In this document: positions 26,065 through 34,236 of the stretch, in pieces
Layout: each line of letters opens with the position of its first letter
Numbering within the stretch: position 1 is the first letter of the stretch
Source: a bacterium
Lineage (GTDB): Bacteria > Patescibacteriota > Minisyncoccia > Phycocordibacterales > CAIZLB01
DNA length: 34,236 nucleotides
Reading direction: 5' to 3'
Assembly (NCBI GenBank): GCA_043718245.1
Contig: JAYSWB010000054.1
Location: 1 to 34,236, forward strand
Program-made: the position numbers and the translations under genes
Notes under the pieces: model-generated
Told to the model about the DNA's origin: nothing
Database searches by the model: none
What the model saw: the letters and a program-made list of their open reading frames with translations, nothing else

Positions 26065-27261
26065 CTAAGGCAAAAACTGCTTGATCCACTTCCAAATAGT
26101 ACTGCGAGTTTTTCCGATTAACCTCATTCCTTCCTTTATATCAACTGTATTTTCATCCTCCGAATTAATTCCTAAAATTCCAAGCCCATAACCCACCACC
26201 CACTCAGCTTGTTTTTCAGTGATAAATTTAAAAGTTGTGTCATATTTTATACCAGGGCATTTTGATGGAAGGTGAAGGGAAGTTCGCGCTGCATTTTCAA
26301 TTCCAGATAAAGTCGAGCCTCCTCCAATCATTACAATGCCAGCAGGAAGTAGACCGCTTCGGTCAATCTTTTTTAAATGAGTATCAATTAGCTCGAAAAT
26401 ATCTGACAATCGTGCATCAACAATTCCGTCTAATTTTTTACGTGATACGGTCGGTGCACCAGCGCCACCTGTTTTAACAAGTTCTGCTTCTTCTAGAGAT
26501 ATTTGCAAACCTAGTGCTATGTCATTCGTAATGTCGTTCGAACCGATTGGGAAAACTTCTAATGAGATTGGAATATTATTTTCAAATACAATTATAGAAG
26601 TTGTCTCGGCTCCAATGTTTGCCAAAACACATCCTGCAATTTTCTGCGTCTTTGTCAGTGCTACGAGGCTGGCTGCCATAGGAGCCGCAACCACGTCTTC
26701 GATTGAAATTCCAGCCTCTTCAACAGCTAACAACATGTCATTTAGATGATGAGTCTGGCAGGTTATATATAGAACACGAGCCTCGAGACGTATACCTTTC
26801 ATGCCCTGCGGGCGACCTAAAACACGCTTGCCATCTACGCGATATTCGAGAGCAACACTGTGAATTATTTTTCGATTGCTGATATATGCTGTCGGAAGTT
26901 CTTTTTCGCTCTCTTCAAGCGCGCGATTAACATCAAGGTCTGTGATCTCGCTATCGGCTTTTGTTGTGTTGACTATGCCGATCCCAACAATTGCCGAGAG
27001 ACCAACCCCGCCGACTGATAGGTATGCTTTTTTAATTCGAAGCCCAGAGCTTTTCTCTGTTTGCGCAACGGCTGCACGAATGCTTTTTGCAACTTCACTA
27101 ATATTAGAAATGTATCCGTGGCGGATGCCCTTAGATTCAGATGTGCCATAGCCTACGATTTTTGGCTGAGTTGGAAATGAAGCTTCGAGAGAACGTTCAA
27201 CCGCAATCACTTTGACGCTAGATGTTCCGATGTCAATTCCTATTGATGTAATGCGGCTCAT
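26065..27261 (-). CDS. ftsA: cell division protein FtsA
   Basis: GIDIGTSSV, NIGAETT, ITNDIA, GGG motifs; upstream of ftsZ. Confidence 0.96.
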   Translation of the reverse strand: MSRITSIGIDIGTSSVKVIAVERSLEASFPTQPKIVGYGTSESKGIRHGYISNISEVAKSIRAAVAQTEKSSGLRIKKAYLSVGGVGLSAIVGIGIVNTTKADSEITDLDVNRALEESEKELPTAYISNRKIIHSVALEYRVDGKRVLGRPQGMKGIRLEARVLYITCQTHHLNDMLLAVEEAGISIEDVVAAPMAASLVALTKTQKIAGCVLANIGAETTSIIVFENNIPISLEVFPIGSNDITNDIALGLQISLEEAELVKTGGAGAPTVSRKKLDGIVDARLSDIFELIDTHLKKIDRSGLLPAGIVMIGGGSTLSGIENAARTSLHLPSKCPGIKYDTTFKFITEKQAEWVVGYGLGILGINSEDENTVDIKEGMRLIGKTRSTIWKWIKQFLP

Positions 27262-27297
27262 TTTAATAAAGATATTTTGAAGTTTTTAAGAATCCGA

Positions 27298-27681
27298 CTA
27301 AACCTTGAAAGCTTTGCGGATTTTCTCTTCTTCGCTCTCCATTCTACTACTATGTTCGTATCCTTTCAAATGAAACAAACCGTGGATAAATATGAATTTT
27401 AAATAATTCTCGTAAGTACGCTCGAAGAGGGGCGCCTTTTGTCGGGCTTTGTCGGGATTAATTACAATTTCTCCAACGCTTTTATCGACATTAAATGAAA
27501 GTATGTCGGTCGCATAGTCTTTTTTGCGATATTTTTTATTTAGGTTTTGAATTTTCTTTTTACCTACAAATACTAAACTTAAATTGAAATTTTTTCCTAA
27601 AACTTTATTTTTCATATTAGTAAAAAGCACCCCGTTAATTTTTGGAGTGCTTTTTAATGTTGTTGAAATCGAAACCTGCAT
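27298..27681 (-). CDS. ybeY: rRNA maturation endoribonuclease YbeY
   Basis: LNKKYR-x5-TDILSF and IHGLFHLKGYEH metal motif. Confidence 0.95.
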   Translation of the reverse strand: MQVSISTTLKSTPKINGVLFTNMKNKVLGKNFNLSLVFVGKKKIQNLNKKYRKKDYATDILSFNVDKSVGEIVINPDKARQKAPLFERTYENYLKFIFIHGLFHLKGYEHSSRMESEEEKIRKAFKV

Positions 27682-27686
27682 TTAAA

Positions 27687-27929
27687 TTACTTTCGGCGAG
27701 TTTTTACCGGAAGCTTTCCAAGTTTTGCCAATTTTTCGTATTCTGCCTTTCGTCGTAGTCTTTCAAGTCTTCCCATTTTTACCTTGTAAGGAGAAAGTTT
27801 TCTTTCTGCATATCGGTTACCTCTAACACGGGGAAGCACTCCTGAGTCATTCATACGCTTTGAAAAACGTCGCAAAACGGATGCGGGGCTTTCTGCTTGG
27901 TTTCTTTCGACTAAAATATTGATTGCCAT
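27687..27929 (-). CDS. rpsU: 30S ribosomal protein S21
   Basis: Small basic protein, ES-x3-LRRFSKR-x3-SGVL. Confidence 0.8.
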   Translation of the reverse strand: MAINILVERNQAESPASVLRRFSKRMNDSGVLPRVRGNRYAERKLSPYKVKMGRLERLRRKAEYEKLAKLGKLPVKTRRK

Positions 27930-28068
27930 AGGGTTACAAATGTAGCATAGCTTAAAACACTTATCAAGTGCTACCTAAGCTACTCGTAACTCCCTAATGT
28001 TTTATTACAACATGTTTTCTCACTGCATAAGTTCACATACATATGGCACTCTTTAAGCAATTAAGGAA

Positions 28069-28995
28069 ATGGCATATTTTCAGGGTATGAAAAATCTAAT
28101 TAAAGGTATCCTAAAACGTCACAAATCATTATTTGTAAGTGTATATGTGCTGAGTCTGGTGCTTTTTAGTGCAGGGCCGGTTTTTGCCTCGACTCCATCT
28201 CTTGGGGTTTTTAACAATAGCGGTAGTCTCGTCCAAATAAATGTAAATAATGCAGATGCAAATTATCCAGTTAATTTATATTACAACACCTCATCATCAT
28301 CAAATATTTACATTACAAACCTTGGAACTACAAATTCATCAGGATATTTTTCAACTACTTTAAATTATAATTCATATTCGATTCCACAAAACGCATATGT
28401 GTATGTAATTGTAAACGGGCAATCCTCAAATCAAATAATCTGGCCTAGTAGTACTTATAATCAGTCTACATATTTATCACAGAGCAATATAAATATTAAC
28501 GTAGGACAAGGACAATCGATCGCCATTTCAGGTTCAGGCTCTTATAGTCTTTCAAGTAATTCAAACCCGACTGCAATTTCTTCTATCGTAAGTGGTAGCA
28601 CATTGAATGTCTATGGAAGCGCGCCAGGGTCGGGGACTTTAAACGTATGTTCGACATCGGGGAGTGGGGGATGTGCCACTTTGTACGTAACAGTTGGAAA
28701 TTATATTAACAGTAATACTAATTATACTGGATATACTACATATACTAATGGAGCTTCATACAATGGGTACCCATACGGATATACATACAGCACGGCAGGC
28801 TATAACTCGTACAATAATCAAGGACGAGTATTGGGCGCATCAACTGGTTCTTCAATTTACTTGAGCCAGATTCCATCAACCGGAATTTCATTTGCAAACT
28901 TAAAGACGACTTTGTTTATGGTAGGACTACTTTCATGGAGTGTTTTCGCTGCCTACATTTTTACAGCAAAGAAAAGGAAAATACTTATTGACTAG
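28069..28995 (+). CDS. secreted Ser/Asn/Tyr-rich surface protein with C-terminal IPSTG-TM-basic tail (start may be 28087)
   Basis: Signal peptide ending VFA, beta-rich low-complexity body, VLGAST linker, QIPSTG + TM + KKRK. Confidence 0.78.
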   Translation: MAYFQGMKNLIKGILKRHKSLFVSVYVLSLVLFSAGPVFASTPSLGVFNNSGSLVQINVNNADANYPVNLYYNTSSSSNIYITNLGTTNSSGYFSTTLNYNSYSIPQNAYVYVIVNGQSSNQIIWPSSTYNQSTYLSQSNININVGQGQSIAISGSGSYSLSSNSNPTAISSIVSGSTLNVYGSAPGSGTLNVCSTSGSGGCATLYVTVGNYINSNTNYTGYTTYTNGASYNGYPYGYTYSTAGYNSYNNQGRVLGASTGSSIYLSQIPSTGISFANLKTTLFMVGLLSWSVFAAYIFTAKKRKILID

Positions 28996-29185
28996 TTCCT
29001 CCACTTGTGGGAAGTGTAACGTTTATGTTCGCGCCAGTTGTTGGTGCCGCCTTTCCTCTCATGTATCCAGGCCATATAAACAGAGCACCGAGAACAAGAA
29101 GAACTATTACAATTATTAATGCTAGAAAACCTAATCCTGAATCTCCGTTTCCACCTGAATTTGGAGTGTTTATTATTGTGGTCAT
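28985..29185 (-). CDS. small single-TM hypothetical protein
   Basis: 66 aa, Gly-rich N-terminus, one hydrophobic helix, INVTLP tail. Confidence 0.7.
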   Translation of the reverse strand: MTTIINTPNSGGNGDSGLGFLALIIVIVLLVLGALFIWPGYMRGKAAPTTGANINVTLPTSGGTSQ

Positions 29186-29298
29186 ATTTTTATTTTATTA
29201 ATTAAATATTTAACTTACAAATTAGAAGCCGTAGAAGGTTAAGAGTGATTACCGGTATCTATATATTATACTCCTCAAAATATGTTAATATTACAATC

Positions 29299-30294
29299 AT
29301 GAAAAAGATTACAGCACTAACTGGTGATCGCCCAACAGGCAAGCTCCACCTCGGTCATTATGTTGGATCAATTAAAAATCGTCTCGCTCTCCAAGACTCG
29401 GCCGACGAAACCTTTTATATGATCGCTGACATCCAAGCCCTAACGGATAATTTTGCAACTCCTGAAAAAGTTCACGACAATGTACTAGAAGTCGCCATGG
29501 ACAACTTGGCATGTGGACTCGATCCTAAAAAAACAACATTTTTTATTCAATCTCAAATTCCTGAAATTGCTGAATTGACTGTAATGTTTTTAAACCTTGT
29601 AACAGTTGCAAGACTTAAAAGAAATCCCACTGTTAAAAATGAAATGAATCAAAAAGGTTACGGCGAAGACGTGCCAGCAGGATTCCTTGCGTATCCAGTC
29701 AGTCAGGCAGGGGATATTCTTTTTTGCAAAGCTAATACCATTCCAGTCGGAGAAGACCAACTTCCTATTATTGAACAAGTGAATGAAATTGCAGACAAGT
29801 TTAATTCTCTGTACGGAGAAACTTTTGAAAGAGTAAAACCTCTCTTGTCAAATGCTCCTAGGTTGGTAGGGATTGATGGAAATTCAAAGGCTAGTAAGTC
29901 ACTTAATAACGCGATCAACCTATCCGATTCAAAATCAGAAATAGAAAAAAAAGTGATGGCGATGTATACCGATCCTCAGCATATCAGGGTAGAGGATCCG
30001 GGGCAGGTTGATGGAAATGTTGTTTTCATGTATTTGGATATTTTTGATGAAAACAAAGAAGAAGTCGAAAAACTGAAAGTACAATACAGAAAAGGGGGAC
30101 TCGGCGATGTTGCTGTAAAAAAACGATTAATAGAAGTTCTTGAAAATTTTATTGGTCCAATTCGTGAACGAAGAGAAAAACTTGATCCAAAAGTGGTTTT
30201 AGAAATTTTAAAGGAAGGTACCGAAAGGGTCCAAAAAATCGCACATAAGCATATGAAAGAGTTTAAAAAGTCGGTGAAAATAGACTATTTTTAA
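29299..30294 (+). CDS. trpS: tryptophan--tRNA ligase
   Basis: TGDRPTGKLHLGH, YPVSQAGDI, PVGEDQ, KASKS; ATG 29299. Confidence 0.97.
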   Translation: MKKITALTGDRPTGKLHLGHYVGSIKNRLALQDSADETFYMIADIQALTDNFATPEKVHDNVLEVAMDNLACGLDPKKTTFFIQSQIPEIAELTVMFLNLVTVARLKRNPTVKNEMNQKGYGEDVPAGFLAYPVSQAGDILFCKANTIPVGEDQLPIIEQVNEIADKFNSLYGETFERVKPLLSNAPRLVGIDGNSKASKSLNNAINLSDSKSEIEKKVMAMYTDPQHIRVEDPGQVDGNVVFMYLDIFDENKEEVEKLKVQYRKGGLGDVAVKKRLIEVLENFIGPIRERREKLDPKVVLEILKEGTERVQKIAHKHMKEFKKSVKIDYF

Positions 30295-30404
30295 AGCATA
30301 CTTAAAGATTTAGGGAAGTTGTGCTGACAAAATAGGGTGATATTATACAGCCATAGATATACTGCCCACAGGTGAATTGCTTTATATAAAACTAAAAAAT
30401 TTAC

Positions 30405-30746
30405 ATGAAAAATAAGCCTAAAAATAAAATAACGATGGAGGATTTGATGGTTGAAATTAGAAAGATTGATGCTAGAACTGATTTTAAAATAGACAGCTTG
30501 GCAGCTATGATCCAGAAGGGTTTTCAAGAGCAAGGTGTAAAGCTTGATGAACTATTTGAATTTAGGGACAAAACAGAACAAAGTTTATTCGAAGTCAAAA
30601 GTGATATTAAAACTATATACGGAAAACTAGATAGTATTGACGGAACCCTAGCCAAGATCAACCCGATGCTAGATGGCCTTAAATATAGCGACAGAGACCT
30701 GGAAAAACGAGTCACCAGGATAGAAAACAAGCTGGGAATGGCTTAA
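30405..30746 (+). CDS. coiled-coil hypothetical protein
   Basis: Heptad pattern, LAAMIQKGF...LEKRVTRIENKLG. Confidence 0.75.
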   Translation: MKNKPKNKITMEDLMVEIRKIDARTDFKIDSLAAMIQKGFQEQGVKLDELFEFRDKTEQSLFEVKSDIKTIYGKLDSIDGTLAKINPMLDGLKYSDRDLEKRVTRIENKLGMA

Positions 30747-30888
30747 AGACATCTTCTATTGCCTTTAAAATACTTCCAATGTATACTTCCATAGTTCCTG
30801 AATCTCTCCAGCCTAGGTTGTGGTAATTGCACAAGGGTCACGAGACGGTCGTTAGGGATTAAATAATTACACACAAATAGACAAATAA

Positions 30889-31212
30889 ATGGCTCTAAAG
30901 AAAATTTATGTTGGTAACCTTTCATGGGGTACTACAAATGATTCATTAAAGGCTGCTTTTTCAGAATTCGGTGAAGTCGCAACATCAATCGTTATGGTTG
31001 ACAAGATGACTGGCCGATCACGAGGCTTCGGTTTCGTGGAAATGGAAGATGCAGCTGCTGATGCAGCAGTTGCTGGTATGAACGGAAAGAATGTTGATGG
31101 ACGAGACCTCGTTGTAAACGAAGCTCGACCAAAGACAGACATGCCGCCAGAAAGACGATCATTCAATGGTCCTCGCCGAGATAACGGTATGGGCGGAGGC
31201 GGACGATTCTAA
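30889..31212 (+). CDS. RRM (RNP-1) RNA-binding protein
   Basis: RNP2 IYVGNL, RNP1 RGFGFVEM, VNEARP, Gly/Arg tail. Confidence 0.96.
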   Translation: MALKKIYVGNLSWGTTNDSLKAAFSEFGEVATSIVMVDKMTGRSRGFGFVEMEDAAADAAVAGMNGKNVDGRDLVVNEARPKTDMPPERRSFNGPRRDNGMGGGGRF

Positions 31213-31232
31213 TACAATCGAACGTTCCAACA

Positions 31233-31269
31233 AACAAAAAACATTGCACTTGTTGCGGTGTTTTTTGTT
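31233..31269 (+). terminator. intrinsic terminator after the RRM gene
   Basis: AACAAAAAACATTGCA-cttgt-TGCGGTGTTTTTTGTT. Confidence 0.75.
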
Positions 31270-31333
31270 GTACGATTTTGCAAAATCGCGTCGCGCAGTA
31301 TCCATTGAAGCGCGACGGTGGTATAATTTAAGT

Positions 31334-32074
31334 ATGAAAAATGGCGCAGTAAATTTTGTACTTCACAAAATCAAAGCAAAAAATCATCCAATAACAATTG
31401 CTGAAGCAATGGCACGAATGGGATACGATCATGTACAAATTTCCGAGGCTTTTACCGAAGTGGGGAAAACAACAGATAATCTACACCAGGAATTGCTTGT
31501 GGGAAACGATTTTCTCCCGACCTTGAATGAAAATCTCGAAGATTATTTTAAAGAGGGGAATATTAAAATATTTGAGAAAATTATTGTAATACCCAGCTTC
31601 TTTGCAAAAGACATAAAAATCCCAAAGACTTTATTTCCGTATCCTGCACCTGCTCGCGTTGTTGCAGACTTAATGAAGAGGGATAAAAGTATACAAGTAA
31701 CCCGTCACGTTTTTGCCTTCAGGTTTTTCTACGCGCTATCGATGGCAGTTTTAGGTATTGTACTTGCCTATGTTTTTATTAAAACTACAGAAAGAGCAAT
31801 TTTCTATTGGCAGGGAATAGTTTCTCCTAGTTTGCTTGTCTCAATTTCAATCTTGATCATATTCTCACTTTATATTCTCCAGCTGTTCGCCCACAGGCTT
31901 AAAAATGCAGGCATGAGTCCGTGGCTGTCACTTTTACTACTCACTCCATTTTTATCTACAATTACAAATTTATCTTCAAGTGATCAAAGGCTTGTTCTAA
32001 TCTTGTCGTGTATTCCCATCCTGAGCGTCTTCATAATTGCGATGTTGACACCGACACACCGTTATAGGCTATAA
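31334..32074 (+). CDS. membrane protein with C-terminal DUF805-like domain
   Basis: ATG 31334 six nt after TGgTATAAT; four TM helices with HRLKNAGMSPW. Confidence 0.7.
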   Translation: MKNGAVNFVLHKIKAKNHPITIAEAMARMGYDHVQISEAFTEVGKTTDNLHQELLVGNDFLPTLNENLEDYFKEGNIKIFEKIIVIPSFFAKDIKIPKTLFPYPAPARVVADLMKRDKSIQVTRHVFAFRFFYALSMAVLGIVLAYVFIKTTERAIFYWQGIVSPSLLVSISILIIFSLYILQLFAHRLKNAGMSPWLSLLLLTPFLSTITNLSSSDQRLVLILSCIPILSVFIIAMLTPTHRYRL

Positions 32075-32081
32075 TAGAGAC

Positions 32082-32399
32082 ATGGATAAATTAGTACACG
32101 CTGACATTTTCTTTTTCATAACAACATGCGCCATTGTTCTTTTAACAATAATTTTCGCAATAGCGCTTGTGTATGGGATTTTTATTGCAAAGAACGTTCA
32201 TTATGTAGTCAAGAAGATAAAGGAGGAGAGTGATAATATTTCAGGTGATATAGCTCATGCAAGACAAAAGATGAGAGAACAGGGAATGAAATTTGCCTCA
32301 TATGTTGCTTTCCTCAAGTCCCTTGTTAGTTTCGGTTCAGATAAAAAATCAAAGAAAAAGTCTTCAAAAAAGACAGATGATTCTGAAGTTACAAATTAA
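32082..32399 (+). CDS. hypothetical membrane-anchored protein
   Basis: MDKLVHADIFFFITT + TM helix + coiled coil. Confidence 0.8.
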   Translation: MDKLVHADIFFFITTCAIVLLTIIFAIALVYGIFIAKNVHYVVKKIKEESDNISGDIAHARQKMREQGMKFASYVAFLKSLVSFGSDKKSKKKSSKKTDDSEVTN

Positions 32400-32414
32400 T
32401 TTAAAATAAAATTT

Positions 32415-32780
32415 ATGAAAACAACAACAAAAGTAGCTGGTATTATTGGTGGGGTTGCAGCAGCCACTCTCGGTGCGTATTTTTACGCAAAAACACCAAA
32501 AGGTAAGAAGCAAGTAGCTAAGATCAAGACTAAAGCGACCCTCTGGGCAAACAGCGCAAAACGTGATATTTTGAAACACGTTAAGGGCTTAAAGGATGTC
32601 AATCAAAAGAATTATAATGCCATTGTTGACATGGTTGTTAAGAAGTATAAGGAATTAAAGAAGCTGGCTCCAAAGGAAGTAGTCCTAGTCGCAAGCGAAC
32701 TTAAAAAACACTGGAATAATGCAAAAAAAGAAATTACCAAAACAGTCACTAAAAGCGTCAAAGACGACCTCGTGGGGTAA
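32415..32780 (+). CDS. basic hypothetical protein with N-terminal anchor (YtxH-like)
   Basis: GGVAAATLGAYF then Lys-rich helices. Confidence 0.7.
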   Translation: MKTTTKVAGIIGGVAAATLGAYFYAKTPKGKKQVAKIKTKATLWANSAKRDILKHVKGLKDVNQKNYNAIVDMVVKKYKELKKLAPKEVVLVASELKKHWNNAKKEITKTVTKSVKDDLVG

Positions 32781-33516
32781 GGTTGATGCTTGGTATGATG
32801 ATTATGTCGAAGACCCAGAGTCCTATCACCAAAAGGTTGTAGAGCCTAATTTACTTAGAATTATTGGTGATGTTGCGGGAAAACATATCCTTGATCTTGG
32901 TTGTGGTCAGGGATATTTTTCGCGGTTGCTTGCACAAAAAGGTGCGATAGTTTCAGGTGTAGATGTTAGTCCAGAGTTGATTGAAAAAGCTACAGAGCGT
33001 TTAGGTGATTTAAAAATTCGCTATGTCGTCTCTCCAGCAGAGGATTTATTCTCTTTCGCTTCCGAATCTGAGGATATAGTCGTGTCGGTACTGGCAACTC
33101 AGAATATGCGTGAACTCGATAGGGTAATTGCCGAAGTTAAAAGAATCCTCAGGCCGGATGGTCGGTTCATTTTAGTATTGAACCATCCGGCGTTTCGAGT
33201 ACCGCAAGACTCTGATTGGTATTATAATCCTGAAAATAAAAAACAAGGGAGGGTAGTGACACGTTACATGTCCGAAGCTGCAGTCAAAATTGATATGCAC
33301 CCTGGAAGTTCTCAGAAAACTTTCACGTATTCTTTCCACCGCCCACTTCAGGTTTTTGTAAAATGGCTGGCTAAAAATAAATTAGCAATTACGCGTCTAG
33401 AAGAGTGGATTTCTCACAAGGAAAGCGCAAACGGCCCCCGAAAAGAGGCCGAAGACAAGTCTAGAAAAGAGATACCATTATTTATGTGCATAGAAGCTCG
33501 TCTCTTGGTACAATAA
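32719..33516 (+). CDS. class I SAM-dependent methyltransferase
   Basis: ILDLGCGQG, GVDVS, RILRPDGRF, NHPAF motifs. Confidence 0.92.
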   Translation: MQKKKLPKQSLKASKTTSWGKVDAWYDDYVEDPESYHQKVVEPNLLRIIGDVAGKHILDLGCGQGYFSRLLAQKGAIVSGVDVSPELIEKATERLGDLKIRYVVSPAEDLFSFASESEDIVVSVLATQNMRELDRVIAEVKRILRPDGRFILVLNHPAFRVPQDSDWYYNPENKKQGRVVTRYMSEAAVKIDMHPGSSQKTFTYSFHRPLQVFVKWLAKNKLAITRLEEWISHKESANGPRKEAEDKSRKEIPLFMCIEARLLVQ

Positions 33517-33520
33517 TGCC

Positions 33521-34236
33521 ATGAGTATTCTACGAGGCGTACTAATCCTAATAGTCTTCTTTCTAGGTCTGTATATATTAAGAGACCATTCTGATCCGAC
33601 TGGTTCAATTGTAAAATCAGGCTATGTTAGCCCGTTTGTTCAATTTTATAACGATATTAAATCCTCAACTACGAATTTACCAGGCTTTCTGAAAAATGAT
33701 AACCCTCAATTGTTTAATATGTTTGGTTACGCTGGAGTAGGTGGTGTGGATTTACCCACAGCTACTTCAACACCAGAAAGTGAATATAAAAGTTCTTCTA
33801 CCAATGCCACAAAGGCACCGACAATTAAGGGGCCAGTTCCAAGTAATAACAAACCTATTGCTATCCCACCAAAGGCAACTCCGCCACCGATTTCAGTTAC
33901 TCCGATTGGATCAACGGGTACAGAATTGTCACCTGATGGTATTGTCCAATACACGAACGTGGAAAGGTTAAAAGCAGGGTTAGGCTCTATCAAGATAAAT
34001 GCCAAGCTATCAGATTCAGCAGGTAATAAATTACAAGATATTTTTAGGCAACAATATTTCGAGCATATTTCACCATCAGGCATAGGTGTTTCTACACTGG
34101 CAAAACAATCTGGATATGATTATGTAGTTGTTGGAGAAAATCTAGCACTAGGAAGCTTTGGTTCAAATCAAGCGCTTCTTTCGGCATGGATGGCAAGTCC
34201 TGGACACAGAGAAAATATTATGGACGCACGCTATCA
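33521..34236 (+). CDS. CAP/SCP-domain secreted protein, truncated by the window edge
   Basis: Open frame from ATG 33521 (MSILRGVLILIVFFLG); Pro/Thr linker; YFEHISP, VGENLALG, AWMASPGHRENI; absent from the ORF track. Confidence 0.9.
   Translation, partial: MSILRGVLILIVFFLGLYILRDHSDPTGSIVKSGYVSPFVQFYNDIKSSTTNLPGFLKNDNPQLFNMFGYAGVGGVDLPTATSTPESEYKSSSTNATKAPTIKGPVPSNNKPIAIPPKATPPPISVTPIGSTGTELSPDGIVQYTNVERLKAGLGSIKINAKLSDSAGNKLQDIFRQQYFEHISPSGIGVSTLAKQSGYDYVVVGENLALGSFGSNQALLSAWMASPGHRENIMDARY

Noticed and set aside
27948-27982. Inverted repeat TAGCTTA...TAAGCTA with inner CACTT/AAGTG over the rpsU promoter
   Set aside because: Short and AT-rich, and upstream of the predicted transcript; cannot be distinguished from chance
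31166-31333. N-terminal extension of the 302-aa ORF
   Set aside because: Crosses the RRM gene end and its terminator; the promoter places the start at 31334
33727-34083. Minus-strand 118-aa ORF and the 33741-33971 plus-strand ORF
   Set aside because: Shadows of the CAP-domain gene starting at 33521
1-34236. CRISPR array, rRNA, cas or reverse transcriptase genes
   Set aside because: No regularly spaced repeats or corresponding motifs seen

Overview
AT-rich bacterial window whose gene style points to Patescibacteria/CPR, probably Parcubacteria (inference from a NusB-NUDIX fusion, short SMC and ValRS, MTH1-like Nudix, few Shine-Dalgarno sites and many apparently leaderless genes). The backbone is housekeeping: dnaE, rnhB, rpmF, nusB, rnc, smc, valS, tsaD, trxB, ftsZ, ftsA, ybeY, rpsU, trpS, two type II toxin-antitoxin pairs, tRNA-Glu(TTC) and tRNA-Val(GAC). 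The main find is a ~4.8 kb element (17487-22271) integrated in the 3' end of tRNA-Glu, with its attachment core (GGTGA) inside its own large serine recombinase gene. Integrated, the enzyme ends in a 7-aa tail read from the antisense of the tRNA. Circularisation would fuse it in frame to an orphan 37-codon tail at the opposite end of the element. The element also carries a structured candidate antisense RNA whose unpaired segment is complementary to two sites within the element, a terminase-small-subunit-like HTH gene and two membrane cargo genes. A candidate ncRNA with its own promoter and terminator lies at ~23651-23793. All assignments are by eye; no searches or folding programs were run.
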